Shown here: positions 34,664-42,775 of the stretch, in pieces | Numbering within the stretch: the stretch's first letter is position 1 | Layout: each line of letters starts with the position of its first letter | Assembly: GCA_049700155.1 (NCBI GenBank) | Contig: JBNAVX010000021.1 | Span: 1 to 46,599 of the forward strand | Direction of reading: 5' to 3' | DNA length: 46,599 nucleotides | Source: Thermodesulfovibrionales bacterium | GTDB lineage: Bacteria; Nitrospirota; Thermodesulfovibrionia; Thermodesulfovibrionales; SM23-35 | Notes under the pieces: model-generated | Databases searched by the model: none | The model's input: the letters and a program-made list of their open reading frames with translations, nothing else | Told to the model about the DNA's origin: nothing | Position numbers and translations under genes: made by a program

Positions 34664-34915
34664 ATGGCAAAAGAAGGTGTCAAGAAGAAGAAACCTGTTG
34701 GAAAGATGCTCTTATTTGGGATTGTTACAGTAACCCTCTATGTGCTCCTGTTATCAAATCAGGATTTTATTAACAAAAATTTTGTGCGAGGTGGATTTTA
34801 TGCCCTGCTACCTATAGCAACGGCATTTATCTTCTCGTTCTTCCACGGGACATTTACAGGGAGTTTCTGGACTGTCCTCGGTGTTGAGGCAAAAAAGAAG
34901 AGGGAGGTGAAATAA
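34664..34915 (+). CDS. Small membrane protein (2 TM, Lys-rich termini)
   Basis: Strong RBS aaaaggagg. Its stop abuts the start of the TSUP gene, suggesting translational coupling. Confidence 0.6.
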   Translation: MAKEGVKKKKPVGKMLLFGIVTVTLYVLLLSNQDFINKNFVRGGFYALLPIATAFIFSFFHGTFTGSFWTVLGVEAKKKREVK

Positions 34916-34916
34916 T

Positions 34917-36011
34917 ATGCATGATGTAGTAAGTCAGGTAAGCAATTTTATCGACCTTACATGGATGAACATATTGTATCTATTCTTTGTGGGTTTTGTC
35001 GGTGGTCTTGTGAGCGGATTTATCGGTTCAGGAGGTGCTTTTGTGCTCACTCCTGGAATGATGAGTATGGGTGTTCCTGGTCTTGTTGCAGTAGCAAGCA
35101 ACATGTGCCATAAGTTTCCAAAGGCACTCGTTGGTGCTATAAAACGTGCTAAATATGGTCAGGTTGATGTCAAGCTTGGATTGATTATGGGTGCCTCAGC
35201 CGAGGCAGGAGTCCTGTATGGAGCCCATATTCAGGAAAGTATCAAGAGGGCATGGGGAGATGCGGGTTCTAACCTTTATGTAAGTGTGGCATTCGTTGTG
35301 GTCCTGGCAATAGTTGGAGGTTATGTATTACGTGATGCCTTCAAAAGCAAAAAAACCGGAGATAGCTCTGAAGAAGAAAAGGTTACCAAGATTGCCCGCT
35401 GGGTGCAGTCTATACATATACCAGGAACAATGGTCTATTTTAAGAGTCTCAAGGCAAAGGTATCAGTTCTTCTTACCATACCGCTTGGTTTTGCAACAGG
35501 CATGCTTGCTGCCACTATAGCAGTTGGTGGTTTTATAGGTGTGCCAGCCATGATTTACGTACTTGGTGCACCAAGCCTTATGGCATCTGCAACAGAGCTT
35601 GTAATAGCATTTGTTATGGGTATGGGAGGTTCATTTAAATATGCACTGCATGGTTTTGTTGATATCCGGCTTTCAATGATTATACTTGCAGGCTCGCTCT
35701 TCGGGATCCAATTAGGCGCTATCGGTACAACATATGTAAAACCATTTATGATAAAGCTTGTCATGGGGCTTATCATGGTCATCGTCCTTTTCAGTCGTGG
35801 GTTGATGGTTCCTGTATATCTCTCACAACTTGGAGTAATCCAGACCCTGAGTGAAACTACAACTAAATTGTTAAAGACCACAAGCTTTGCTATAATGATG
35901 ATCGCCTTACTTACAGGAGCTATTGTGGTTTTAACTGCATTATGGAAAGGTATCAGGGAAGAAAAGTTGCAGCATGCTACAAAAGAGGTCTTAGAGCATG
36001 GGAAGATATAG
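34917..36011 (+). CDS. TSUP (TauE/SafE)-like permease, long form
   Basis: Polytopic. GFIGSGGAFVLTPGM and the second-half VGGFIGVPAMIYVLG resemble TauE repeats, with a hydrophilic central loop. Confidence 0.65.
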   Translation: MHDVVSQVSNFIDLTWMNILYLFFVGFVGGLVSGFIGSGGAFVLTPGMMSMGVPGLVAVASNMCHKFPKALVGAIKRAKYGQVDVKLGLIMGASAEAGVLYGAHIQESIKRAWGDAGSNLYVSVAFVVVLAIVGGYVLRDAFKSKKTGDSSEEEKVTKIARWVQSIHIPGTMVYFKSLKAKVSVLLTIPLGFATGMLAATIAVGGFIGVPAMIYVLGAPSLMASATELVIAFVMGMGGSFKYALHGFVDIRLSMIILAGSLFGIQLGAIGTTYVKPFMIKLVMGLIMVIVLFSRGLMVPVYLSQLGVIQTLSETTTKLLKTTSFAIMMIALLTGAIVVLTALWKGIREEKLQHATKEVLEHGKI

Positions 36012-36852
36012 AAAGATACTCGTTGCAATAGACGGCTCTGGATCAAGCAAGAATGCACTCAGACAGGCGATAAAGCTGGCAAACAGTGAGGAATGCTGGA
36101 TTACTGTCGTATCTGTAATCCCATCTTACACAGGAGACCTTTCAGCAACATTTATAGGTGATATTAGAAAGGCTATGGCTGAGCCATGTGAAAGGGCACT
36201 CTCTGAAGCAGAAGAGATTGCTAAGGCTGAAAGGGCATTAATAAAGACTGTATGTGAAGAAGGGGAGATATACGAGAGGATTGTTGACCTTGCAGAAGCA
36301 GAGAATTGCGATCTTATAGTAATGGGAAGGAAAGGTCTCTCAAAGATAGAAAGGGCATTCATGGGAAGTGTAACAGCAAGGGTTATCGGACACAGCCAGA
36401 GAGATGTCCTTGTAGTTCCTGAGAATACTGCCATAGGTTGGAAGTGTATCTTCCTTAATACTGATGGTTCTAAATATAGTGAGGCTGCAACAGAGAGTGC
36501 GATAAACTTTGCAAAATCTTATGGTGGGGAGCTGATGGTCCTTTCAGTAGTCGAGGTAACAGAAGAATTTATTACACGTGCCCCTGGAATGCTTGAAGAA
36601 ATGGTTAAGAAGGCAAAGGGTTTTGTAGATGATGTGAAGAAGAAGGCAGAAAATTCTAATATTAAGACCACGACATTCGTGAGAGAAGGTGAGGCTTATA
36701 AGGTAATAACAGACCTTGCAAAAGAGCAGAAGGCTGATATTATCTTTATGGGAAGCCATGGAAGAACAGGACTTAAAAGACTTCTCATGGGTAGCGTAAC
36801 AGCAAAGGTTATAGGATATGCACCCTGCCCCGTACTTGTAGTCAGACCTTAA
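35998..36852 (+). CDS. Tandem universal stress protein (2 x UspA)
   Basis: ILVAIDGSGSS, MGRKGLSKIERAFMGSVTARV, MGSHGRTGLKRLLMGSVTAKV. Overlaps the end of the TSUP gene by 14 nt. Confidence 0.85.
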   Translation: MGRYRKILVAIDGSGSSKNALRQAIKLANSEECWITVVSVIPSYTGDLSATFIGDIRKAMAEPCERALSEAEEIAKAERALIKTVCEEGEIYERIVDLAEAENCDLIVMGRKGLSKIERAFMGSVTARVIGHSQRDVLVVPENTAIGWKCIFLNTDGSKYSEAATESAINFAKSYGGELMVLSVVEVTEEFITRAPGMLEEMVKKAKGFVDDVKKKAENSNIKTTTFVREGEAYKVITDLAKEQKADIIFMGSHGRTGLKRLLMGSVTAKVIGYAPCPVLVVRP

Positions 36853-36868
36853 ATGGTTCAATATAGAA

Positions 36869-36901
36869 AGCCCCTGAATATATTCAGGGGCTCTTTATTT
36901 T
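36869..36901 (+). terminator. Rho-independent terminator
   Basis: Perfect palindrome AGCCCCTGAATA/TATTCAGGGGCT followed by a T-rich tract (CTTTATTTT). Confidence 0.85.
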
Positions 36902-36980
36902 ACATTTTATCAACACCCAATTCACAGAAATAATTCTTTAAAATTCATCAATTAAGAAATCTCCATTTTTCTCTTGACTT

Positions 36981-36996
36981 CCACAATATATTGTGT
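36981..36996. promoter_or_regulatory. NrdR box inside the nrdJ promoter
   Basis: CCACAATATATTGTGT against the NrdR consensus acaCwAtATaTwGtgt. It sits between TTGACT (36974-36979) and an AT-rich -10 region. Confidence 0.7.
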
Positions 36997-37071
36997 TAAA
37001 AATTATCGCTAAATACAAAATTTAGGAGGCATAGATAACAGCCTCTTTGTAAAATCTGGAGGTGAAGTTTT

Positions 37072-39333
37072 ATGAAAATGGTTAACAGTATCGGTCTCAC
37101 TCCGAATAGTCTAAAGGTACTTGAAAGGAGATACCTCAAGAAGGATGAATCAGGGAAGGTTGTAGAGACGCCAGAAGAGCTCTTCAGGAGAGTAGCAAAG
37201 GCAGTAGCATCAGCAGATCTCAGATATGGTAATTCAGAGAATGATGTCAAGCTTCTTGAAGAAAGATTCTATGAGATGATGACCTCCCTTTCTTTTCTCC
37301 CCAATAGCCCAACCCTCATGAATGCAGGAAGAAGGCTTGGTCAGTTAAGCGCATGCTTTGTTCTGCCAGTAGAAGACTCTATGGAATCCATTTTTGAGGC
37401 TGTAAAGAATGCTGCAATCATTCATAAATCAGGAGGTGGGACAGGCTTCAGTTTTTCAAGGCTGAGACCGAAAGGTGATGTTGTAGGCTCTACAAAGGGC
37501 ATCTCTTCAGGTCCTGTATCTTTTATGACTGTATTTGATACTGCAACAGAGGCGGTAAAACAAGGGGGAACAAGAAGAGGAGCCAATATGGGTATTTTGA
37601 GGGTTGACCACCCTGATATCATCTCCTTTATTACATCTAAACAGGACAACTCAAAGTTGAATAACTTTAATATATCCGTCGCCCTTACAGATGATTTTAT
37701 GAAGGCTGTTAAGGAAGACAGGACTTATGACCTTATAAATCCAAGGACAAAGGAAAAGACAGAAACCCTTAAGGCAAGAGATGTATTCAATCTGATAGTT
37801 GAAAATGCATGGAAAAATGGTGAACCCGGCATCGTCTTTATGGATAGGGTAAATGAATCAAACCCAACGCCTCTTTTGGGGCAAATAGAGTCAACTAACC
37901 CATGTGGTGAACAACCACTTCTACCTTATGAATCTTGTAACCTGGGTTCTATAAATCTTGCTAAACACGTTAAATATGAAGCGTCATGCGAGAAAAGTGT
38001 TGATTGGGATAAGCTGAAAGGCACAGTGCGGGATGCAGTCCATTTTCTTGATAATGTCATAGATATAAATAAATATCCACTTCAGGTTATAGAAGAGATG
38101 ACAAAGGCAAACAGGAAGATAGGTCTCGGTGTTATGGGATGGGCAGATATGCTTATAAGCCTTGGAATTCCATACAATTCAGATGAAGCTTTAAGGCTTG
38201 CAGAAGAAGTGATGGGATTCATTCAGCGAGAAGGTAGGTTGGCATCAAGCGATTTGGCTGAGCAGAGAGGGACATTTCCTAACTTTAAGGGGAGTATATA
38301 TGATGGTAAAGTAAAGGTAAGGAATGCAACGATAACAACGATAGCACCTACAGGTACACTCTCAATAATCGCTGGTTGTTCATCAGGTATAGAGCCCATA
38401 TTTGCAATCTCATATGTGAGAACTGTGATGGAAGGTACTAAGTTAATAGAAGTCAATCCATATTTTGAAAAGATAGCAAAAGAGAGGGGATTCTGGGAAA
38501 GAGGATTGATGGAAAAGATTGCTGAAAAGGGTTCATTAAAGGAATTCAAAGAGATACCTGAGGATATCAAGAGACTCTTTATCACAGCCCATGATATTAC
38601 TCCTCATGAGCATATCAGGATGCAGGCAGCATTCCAGAAGTATGTAGATAATGCAGTCTCAAAGACCGTAAACTTCCCACACAGTGCAACTAAAGAGGAT
38701 GTTAAGGAAGTTTATCTCCTTGCATATGAACTGGGATGTAAAGGAGTTACTGTCTATAGAGATGGTTCAAGGGAGGAACAGGTTCTATCAAAAGGCAAAA
38801 AAGATGTCAGTACTCAGTGGTCAGCAGTCAGTGCTCAGACATTAAAAATAACTCCAAGAAAAAGACCTGAGGTAATAAATGGTTCAACACGCCTCATGAA
38901 AACAGGCTGTGGAAATCTTTATGTTACTATCAATGAAGATGATGAAGGACATCTATTCGAGCTCTTCACATCTATGGGGAAAGCTGGTGGTTGTGCTGCA
39001 AGTCAGTCTGAGGCGATTGGCAGGCTTGTCTCTCTTGCATTCAGGTCAAACATAGAGCCTGATGAAGTTATAAAACAGCTAAAGGGTATCTCATGCCACT
39101 CACACGTCTGGGTTGAAGGCGGGAAGATAACATCATGCTCTGATGCAATAGCAAAGGCTCTTGAGAAATATCTTCAGAGACAAAGAGATGGAAATGGAGA
39201 CGGTCAGAAGGGCTATAAATCCGCCTCTGGCGGAGTTATGTTCATAGGTAGATGTCCTGAGTGCGGAGGTGCTGTTGAGCATGAATCAGGCTGTGCAGTC
39301 TGCCACAATTGCGGGTTCACAAAGTGCGGTTAA
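37072..39333 (+). CDS. nrdJ: Class II (adenosylcobalamin-dependent) ribonucleotide reductase
   Basis: TNPCGEQPL, ESCNLGSINL, VSKTVNFP, VYRDGSR, C-terminal Cys-rich finger CPECGG...CAVCHNCG. Confidence 0.92.
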   Translation: MKMVNSIGLTPNSLKVLERRYLKKDESGKVVETPEELFRRVAKAVASADLRYGNSENDVKLLEERFYEMMTSLSFLPNSPTLMNAGRRLGQLSACFVLPVEDSMESIFEAVKNAAIIHKSGGGTGFSFSRLRPKGDVVGSTKGISSGPVSFMTVFDTATEAVKQGGTRRGANMGILRVDHPDIISFITSKQDNSKLNNFNISVALTDDFMKAVKEDRTYDLINPRTKEKTETLKARDVFNLIVENAWKNGEPGIVFMDRVNESNPTPLLGQIESTNPCGEQPLLPYESCNLGSINLAKHVKYEASCEKSVDWDKLKGTVRDAVHFLDNVIDINKYPLQVIEEMTKANRKIGLGVMGWADMLISLGIPYNSDEALRLAEEVMGFIQREGRLASSDLAEQRGTFPNFKGSIYDGKVKVRNATITTIAPTGTLSIIAGCSSGIEPIFAISYVRTVMEGTKLIEVNPYFEKIAKERGFWERGLMEKIAEKGSLKEFKEIPEDIKRLFITAHDITPHEHIRMQAAFQKYVDNAVSKTVNFPHSATKEDVKEVYLLAYELGCKGVTVYRDGSREEQVLSKGKKDVSTQWSAVSAQTLKITPRKRPEVINGSTRLMKTGCGNLYVTINEDDEGHLFELFTSMGKAGGCAASQSEAIGRLVSLAFRSNIEPDEVIKQLKGISCHSHVWVEGGKITSCSDAIAKALEKYLQRQRDGNGDGQKGYKSASGGVMFIGRCPECGGAVEHESGCAVCHNCGFTKCG
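38806..38840. repeat. Heptamer tandem repeat inside the nrdJ coding sequence (GTCAGTA CTCAGTG GTCAGCA GTCAGTG CTCAGAC)
   Basis: Read directly. It translates as VSTQWSAVSAQT in the linker between YRDGSR and the RPxxxxG(S/T)T segment. Confidence 0.7.
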
Positions 39334-39351
39334 TGGTAATGTTATGATGAA

Positions 39352-39460
39352 TTGGCAGATACAGTATTCTCGCTCATTCTCGGCTCGATTAAGATCGAGC
39401 CTCCGAGGTAAATTCTTTCTTCGAAAGAATTTAAATCCGCTCGAATACTGCATCTGCCAA
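39352..39460 (+). repeat. Structured palindromic element, copy 2 (outer stem TTGGCAGATACAGTATTC / GAATACTGCATCTGCCAA)
   Basis: Same conserved blocks as 24740-24861. Internal hairpins are GGCTCGAT/ATCGAGCC and AAATTCTTTC/GAAAGAATTT. Confidence 0.6.
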
Positions 39461-39525
39461 GAATTTTATGAATGATATGGGTTAATTATTTCGTAAATAC
39501 TGATATTTTATCCTCATTGATAATT

Positions 39526-40701
39526 TCAAGTTCTGTAAGCTTTATTAGCCCTGATGTAATCTTCTGTTAAATCGCATGTCAGGACTTTTGCAGATGATTT
39601 TCCAAGTTTAAGATCTATGATTAATCTAATCTCCTTCTTTTTTAAGATCTTTTCTACATATTTATCCCTTCCTGTACATACTCCATCGCCAACAGTTTTA
39701 ACCTCTCCAAAATAGATATCTATCTTTTCTTCCTTAATCTCTATACCTGAATGTCCAATAGCTGCCATGATGCGACCCCAGTTTGGGTCATTTCCATAAA
39801 TAGCTGTCTTTACAAGATTTGAATTTGCTATGGCAAAGGCAGCCTTTTCAGCATCTCTCTCGCTTCTGGCTCCTTTTACCTCTACCTCTATTAACTTGGT
39901 CGCACCTTCACCATCTTTAACAATAAGTCTTGCCAATTCATAAGTTATCTCATCAATAGCCTCTTTAAATGAAAGATATGATCCTGATTTTTTGGTTAGC
40001 AGTGAATTACCGATTACACCATTTGCCATCATAAGGACTGTGTCATTGGTTGATTGACATCCATCAACAGTTATCCTGTTAAAAGACTGTTCCACTGCTT
40101 CCCTCAATGTTTTGTCAAGCGTATCTCGTTCAACTGCGATATCCGTCATCAAGAAACACAGCATTGTTGCCATATCTGGACATATCATACCAGCTCCCTT
40201 ACAAATTCCAACAATTTTTCCTTCTTTATTTCCTATTTTTATTCCTTTACTGATAATTTTTGGGAAGGTATCAGTAGTCATCATGGCTTTTGCAATATCC
40301 TCAATCTCTGATTTTCCTATATTTCTTATCAGTTCAGGAATCTTTTTTCGAATCTTTTCCATTGGAAGAGGAACTCCTATTACACCTGTGGAGCACATAT
40401 AAATAAGAGAAGGTTTTATTTTAAGACTATCAGCAATCTTCTTTATTATCTCTACAGCATCAAGTAAGCCTTTTTCCCCTGTGCATGCATTCGCATTTCC
40501 ACTGTTGACTACGATAGCCTGACCCCTGCCTGATTTTATTTTTTCCATATCTAATCTAACTGGTGCTGCCTTGATCTTATTCGTTGTAAATGTGCCTGCT
40601 ATATTCGCCTCTACCTTAGAATAGATAAGTGCGAGGTCTTTTCGGTGAGGCTCCTTGATTGAGGCTTTTACTGTAGAAAAAAGAAATCCTTCAGGGGTCA
40701 T
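39526..40701 (-). CDS. argJ: Bifunctional ornithine acetyltransferase / N-acetylglutamate synthase
   Basis: DLALIYS, AGTFTTNKIKAAPV, TTDTFPK, autoprocessing-site region ATMLCFLMTDIAV. Confidence 0.9.
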   Translation of the reverse strand: MTPEGFLFSTVKASIKEPHRKDLALIYSKVEANIAGTFTTNKIKAAPVRLDMEKIKSGRGQAIVVNSGNANACTGEKGLLDAVEIIKKIADSLKIKPSLIYMCSTGVIGVPLPMEKIRKKIPELIRNIGKSEIEDIAKAMMTTDTFPKIISKGIKIGNKEGKIVGICKGAGMICPDMATMLCFLMTDIAVERDTLDKTLREAVEQSFNRITVDGCQSTNDTVLMMANGVIGNSLLTKKSGSYLSFKEAIDEITYELARLIVKDGEGATKLIEVEVKGARSERDAEKAAFAIANSNLVKTAIYGNDPNWGRIMAAIGHSGIEIKEEKIDIYFGEVKTVGDGVCTGRDKYVEKILKKKEIRLIIDLKLGKSSAKVLTCDLTEDYIRANKAYRT

Positions 40702-40706
40702 ATTTT

Positions 40707-41747
40707 TTATGGAAAGAAACCTTGTGAATCGAGCGCAGTCTTTTCATCAAAGCCCATCATAATATTCATATTCTGTATAGCCTGGCCTGATGCACCCTTC
40801 ATAAGATTATCTATTGCTGTAACAATGATTAAGGTGTTTGTCCTTTTATTTACTGTTAGACTTATTTCACAGAAGTTCGTCCCGCGAACATTTTTTACAT
40901 TAGGGTATTTACCTTCTTCCAACAACTTTATGAATGGCTCATTATCGTATGTCTCTCTGTATATCTCTATAATATTTTTTAAATCTAACTTCTTTATTAA
41001 TGCCGAGTATATTGTTGTAAGAATGCCCCTCTCAAAAGGACCAACATGAGGAGTAAAATTTACTATTATGTTTTTCCCTGCAATAGCAGATAACTCCTGT
41101 TCTATTTCTGGCGTATGACGGTGGTTAGCAATAGCATAAGCCCTGAAAGCTCCATTGGCCTCGCAATAGGAGAATACTATATCAGATTTTCTTCCTGCAC
41201 CACTCATTCCTGATTTTGAGTCTATGATAATGGAGTTAACATTAATGAGTCTATTCTTAATAGCTGGATACAGTCCAAGAATTGCTCCTGTTGGGTAACA
41301 ACCTGGATTTGCAATGATATTTGACTTAGAAATTTTATCCCTATAGAGTTCTGGAATTCCATAGACAGCCTTTTTGAGAATTTCTGGAAATTTATGTGGC
41401 ACTTTATACCATTCTTGATATGCTTTTGCATCTTTTATTCTGTAATCTGCAGAGAGATCAATAACCTTCTTACCATGCTGAAAAACAAAATATACTGCAT
41501 CCTGTGATTCTCCGTGTGGAAGTGCCATAAAGAAAAGGTCTGCCTTATGAAGAATTTTATCAATCTTCATAGGTTCATATGTTAGATTTGCATATTTATA
41601 AAGATTTGGGAAAAGGTCTGTTACAGCTTTTCCTGCTGATTTTTCTGAGGTAACTGTGGTGACTGTTACTGCTGGATGTTTTGAAAGGACACGAAGTAAC
41701 TCACCTCCTGTATAGCCACTCCCTCCGCAAATGGCAACCTTTAACAT
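40707..41747 (-). CDS. argC: N-acetyl-gamma-glutamyl-phosphate reductase
   Basis: MLKVAICGGSGYTGGELLR, active-site NPGCYPT. The start is taken as the ATG at 41747, because the ORF-track extension to 41768 only translates the heptamer array. Confidence 0.9.
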   Translation of the reverse strand: MLKVAICGGSGYTGGELLRVLSKHPAVTVTTVTSEKSAGKAVTDLFPNLYKYANLTYEPMKIDKILHKADLFFMALPHGESQDAVYFVFQHGKKVIDLSADYRIKDAKAYQEWYKVPHKFPEILKKAVYGIPELYRDKISKSNIIANPGCYPTGAILGLYPAIKNRLINVNSIIIDSKSGMSGAGRKSDIVFSYCEANGAFRAYAIANHRHTPEIEQELSAIAGKNIIVNFTPHVGPFERGILTTIYSALIKKLDLKNIIEIYRETYDNEPFIKLLEEGKYPNVKNVRGTNFCEISLTVNKRTNTLIIVTAIDNLMKGASGQAIQNMNIMMGFDEKTALDSQGFFP

Positions 41748-41750
41748 CAG

Positions 41751-41834
41751 CCAATGGTCAATAGTCAATAGTCAACAGTCATTAGTTTAAGGACTAATAA
41801 CCAGTGACTGACTAATGACCGGTGACTGATGACC
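41751..41834. repeat. Twelve-unit heptamer array forming an imperfect hairpin (CAATGGT CAATAGT CAATAGT CAACAGT CATTAGT | TTAAGGA | CTAATAA CCAGTGA CTGACTA ATGACCG GTGACTG ATGACCT)
   Basis: Read directly. It fills almost the whole rpsI-argC spacer, and the unit orientation flips at the centre. Confidence 0.75.
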
Positions 41835-41840
41835 TTCACT

Positions 41841-42233
41841 TTATCTCTTGGAGAACTGGAATCTTTTTCTAGCACCCTTCTGTCCGTATTTTTTTCTTTC
41901 TTTTTCCCTTGGATCACGTGTGAGGAAGCCCTCTTTCTTCAACCGTGAACGGAGGTCGCTATCCATGTTCACTATTGCTCTTGCTATTCCATGACGTATA
42001 GCACCTGCCTGTCCTGAGAGCCCACCTCCTGTCACTGTTGCAATTATGTTATACTTTCCAGTGAGACCTGCAAGTTCAATGGGCTGGCGGAGTATCATTC
42101 TCAAGGTTTCTCTTGGAAAATAGATATTAGCAGGTTTATTATTTACAATTATTTTCCCATCTCCTGGGGTGATTATAACCCGAGCCTTAGATGATTTTCT
42201 TCTCCCAGTTGCATAATATTGAATTTCAGCCAT
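41841..42233 (-). CDS. rpsI: 30S ribosomal protein S9
   Basis: 130 aa; [19 protein letters not shown]-terminal [17 protein letters not shown]. Confidence 0.97.
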   Translation of the reverse strand: MAEIQYYATGRRKSSKARVIITPGDGKIIVNNKPANIYFPRETLRMILRQPIELAGLTGKYNIIATVTGGGLSGQAGAIRHGIARAIVNMDSDLRSRLKKEGFLTRDPREKERKKYGQKGARKRFQFSKR

Positions 42234-42263
42234 TTTGAACTCCTTTATCCAAAATTTTTTACT

Positions 42264-42692
42264 TTACAATCTCAATCTTTCAGGATTCTGTGCCTTATGA
42301 GGATGATCAGGACCCCTATAAACCTTAAGCTTTTTTAATAAAGCTCTCCCAAGTCTTCCCTTTGGTAGCATCCCCCATACTGCATCAGTAATAATCTTTT
42401 CAGGTCTCCTTTCTAATAGGTCTTTTGCTGACTCTGCCTTTAAACCACCAGGATAGCCTGAATGATGATAATAAATCTTATTCTCGAGTTTCTTACCTGT
42501 CAGCCTTATTTTGTCAGCATTTACTACAATTATGAAATCTCCTGTGTCAATATTAGGAGTAAATATGGGTTTATTTTTACCACGAAGATATGTGGCTATC
42601 TTTGTTGCGAGTCTTCCAAGGATAGCACCTTCAGCATCAATAAGATACCACTTTCTTTCTACTTTTTCTTTTGAAGCAAATTGTGTCTTCAT
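42264..42692 (-). CDS. rplM: 50S ribosomal protein L13
   Basis: 142 aa; [38 protein letters not shown]. Confidence 0.97.
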   Translation of the reverse strand: MKTQFASKEKVERKWYLIDAEGAILGRLATKIATYLRGKNKPIFTPNIDTGDFIIVVNADKIRLTGKKLENKIYYHHSGYPGGLKAESAKDLLERRPEKIITDAVWGMLPKGRLGRALLKKLKVYRGPDHPHKAQNPERLRL

Positions 42693-42775
42693 ATATACCC
42701 TCTTTTAATGAATAAATTGAATTAAATAAAATAATATAATCTTAATAATATTGTCAAATTAAGTGGAGATTTTTG

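Noticed and set aside
37009-37025. Possible second NrdR box (CTAAAT-N5-ATTTAG)
   Set aside because: It is palindromic but matches the NrdR consensus poorly, and its spacing from the first box (about 28 nt) is not the usual phased distance.
36853-37071. Cobalamin riboswitch upstream of the B12-dependent RNR
   Set aside because: The leader after the promoter is too short. I see no B12-box-like sequence or multi-stem structure, only a small hairpin GAGGC-N10-GCCTC near the RBS.
41748-41768. Seven-codon extension of argC (MTIDHWL)
   Set aside because: It is simply a translation of the heptamer array. The canonical ArgC N-terminus MLKVAICGGSGYTG starts at the ATG at 41747.
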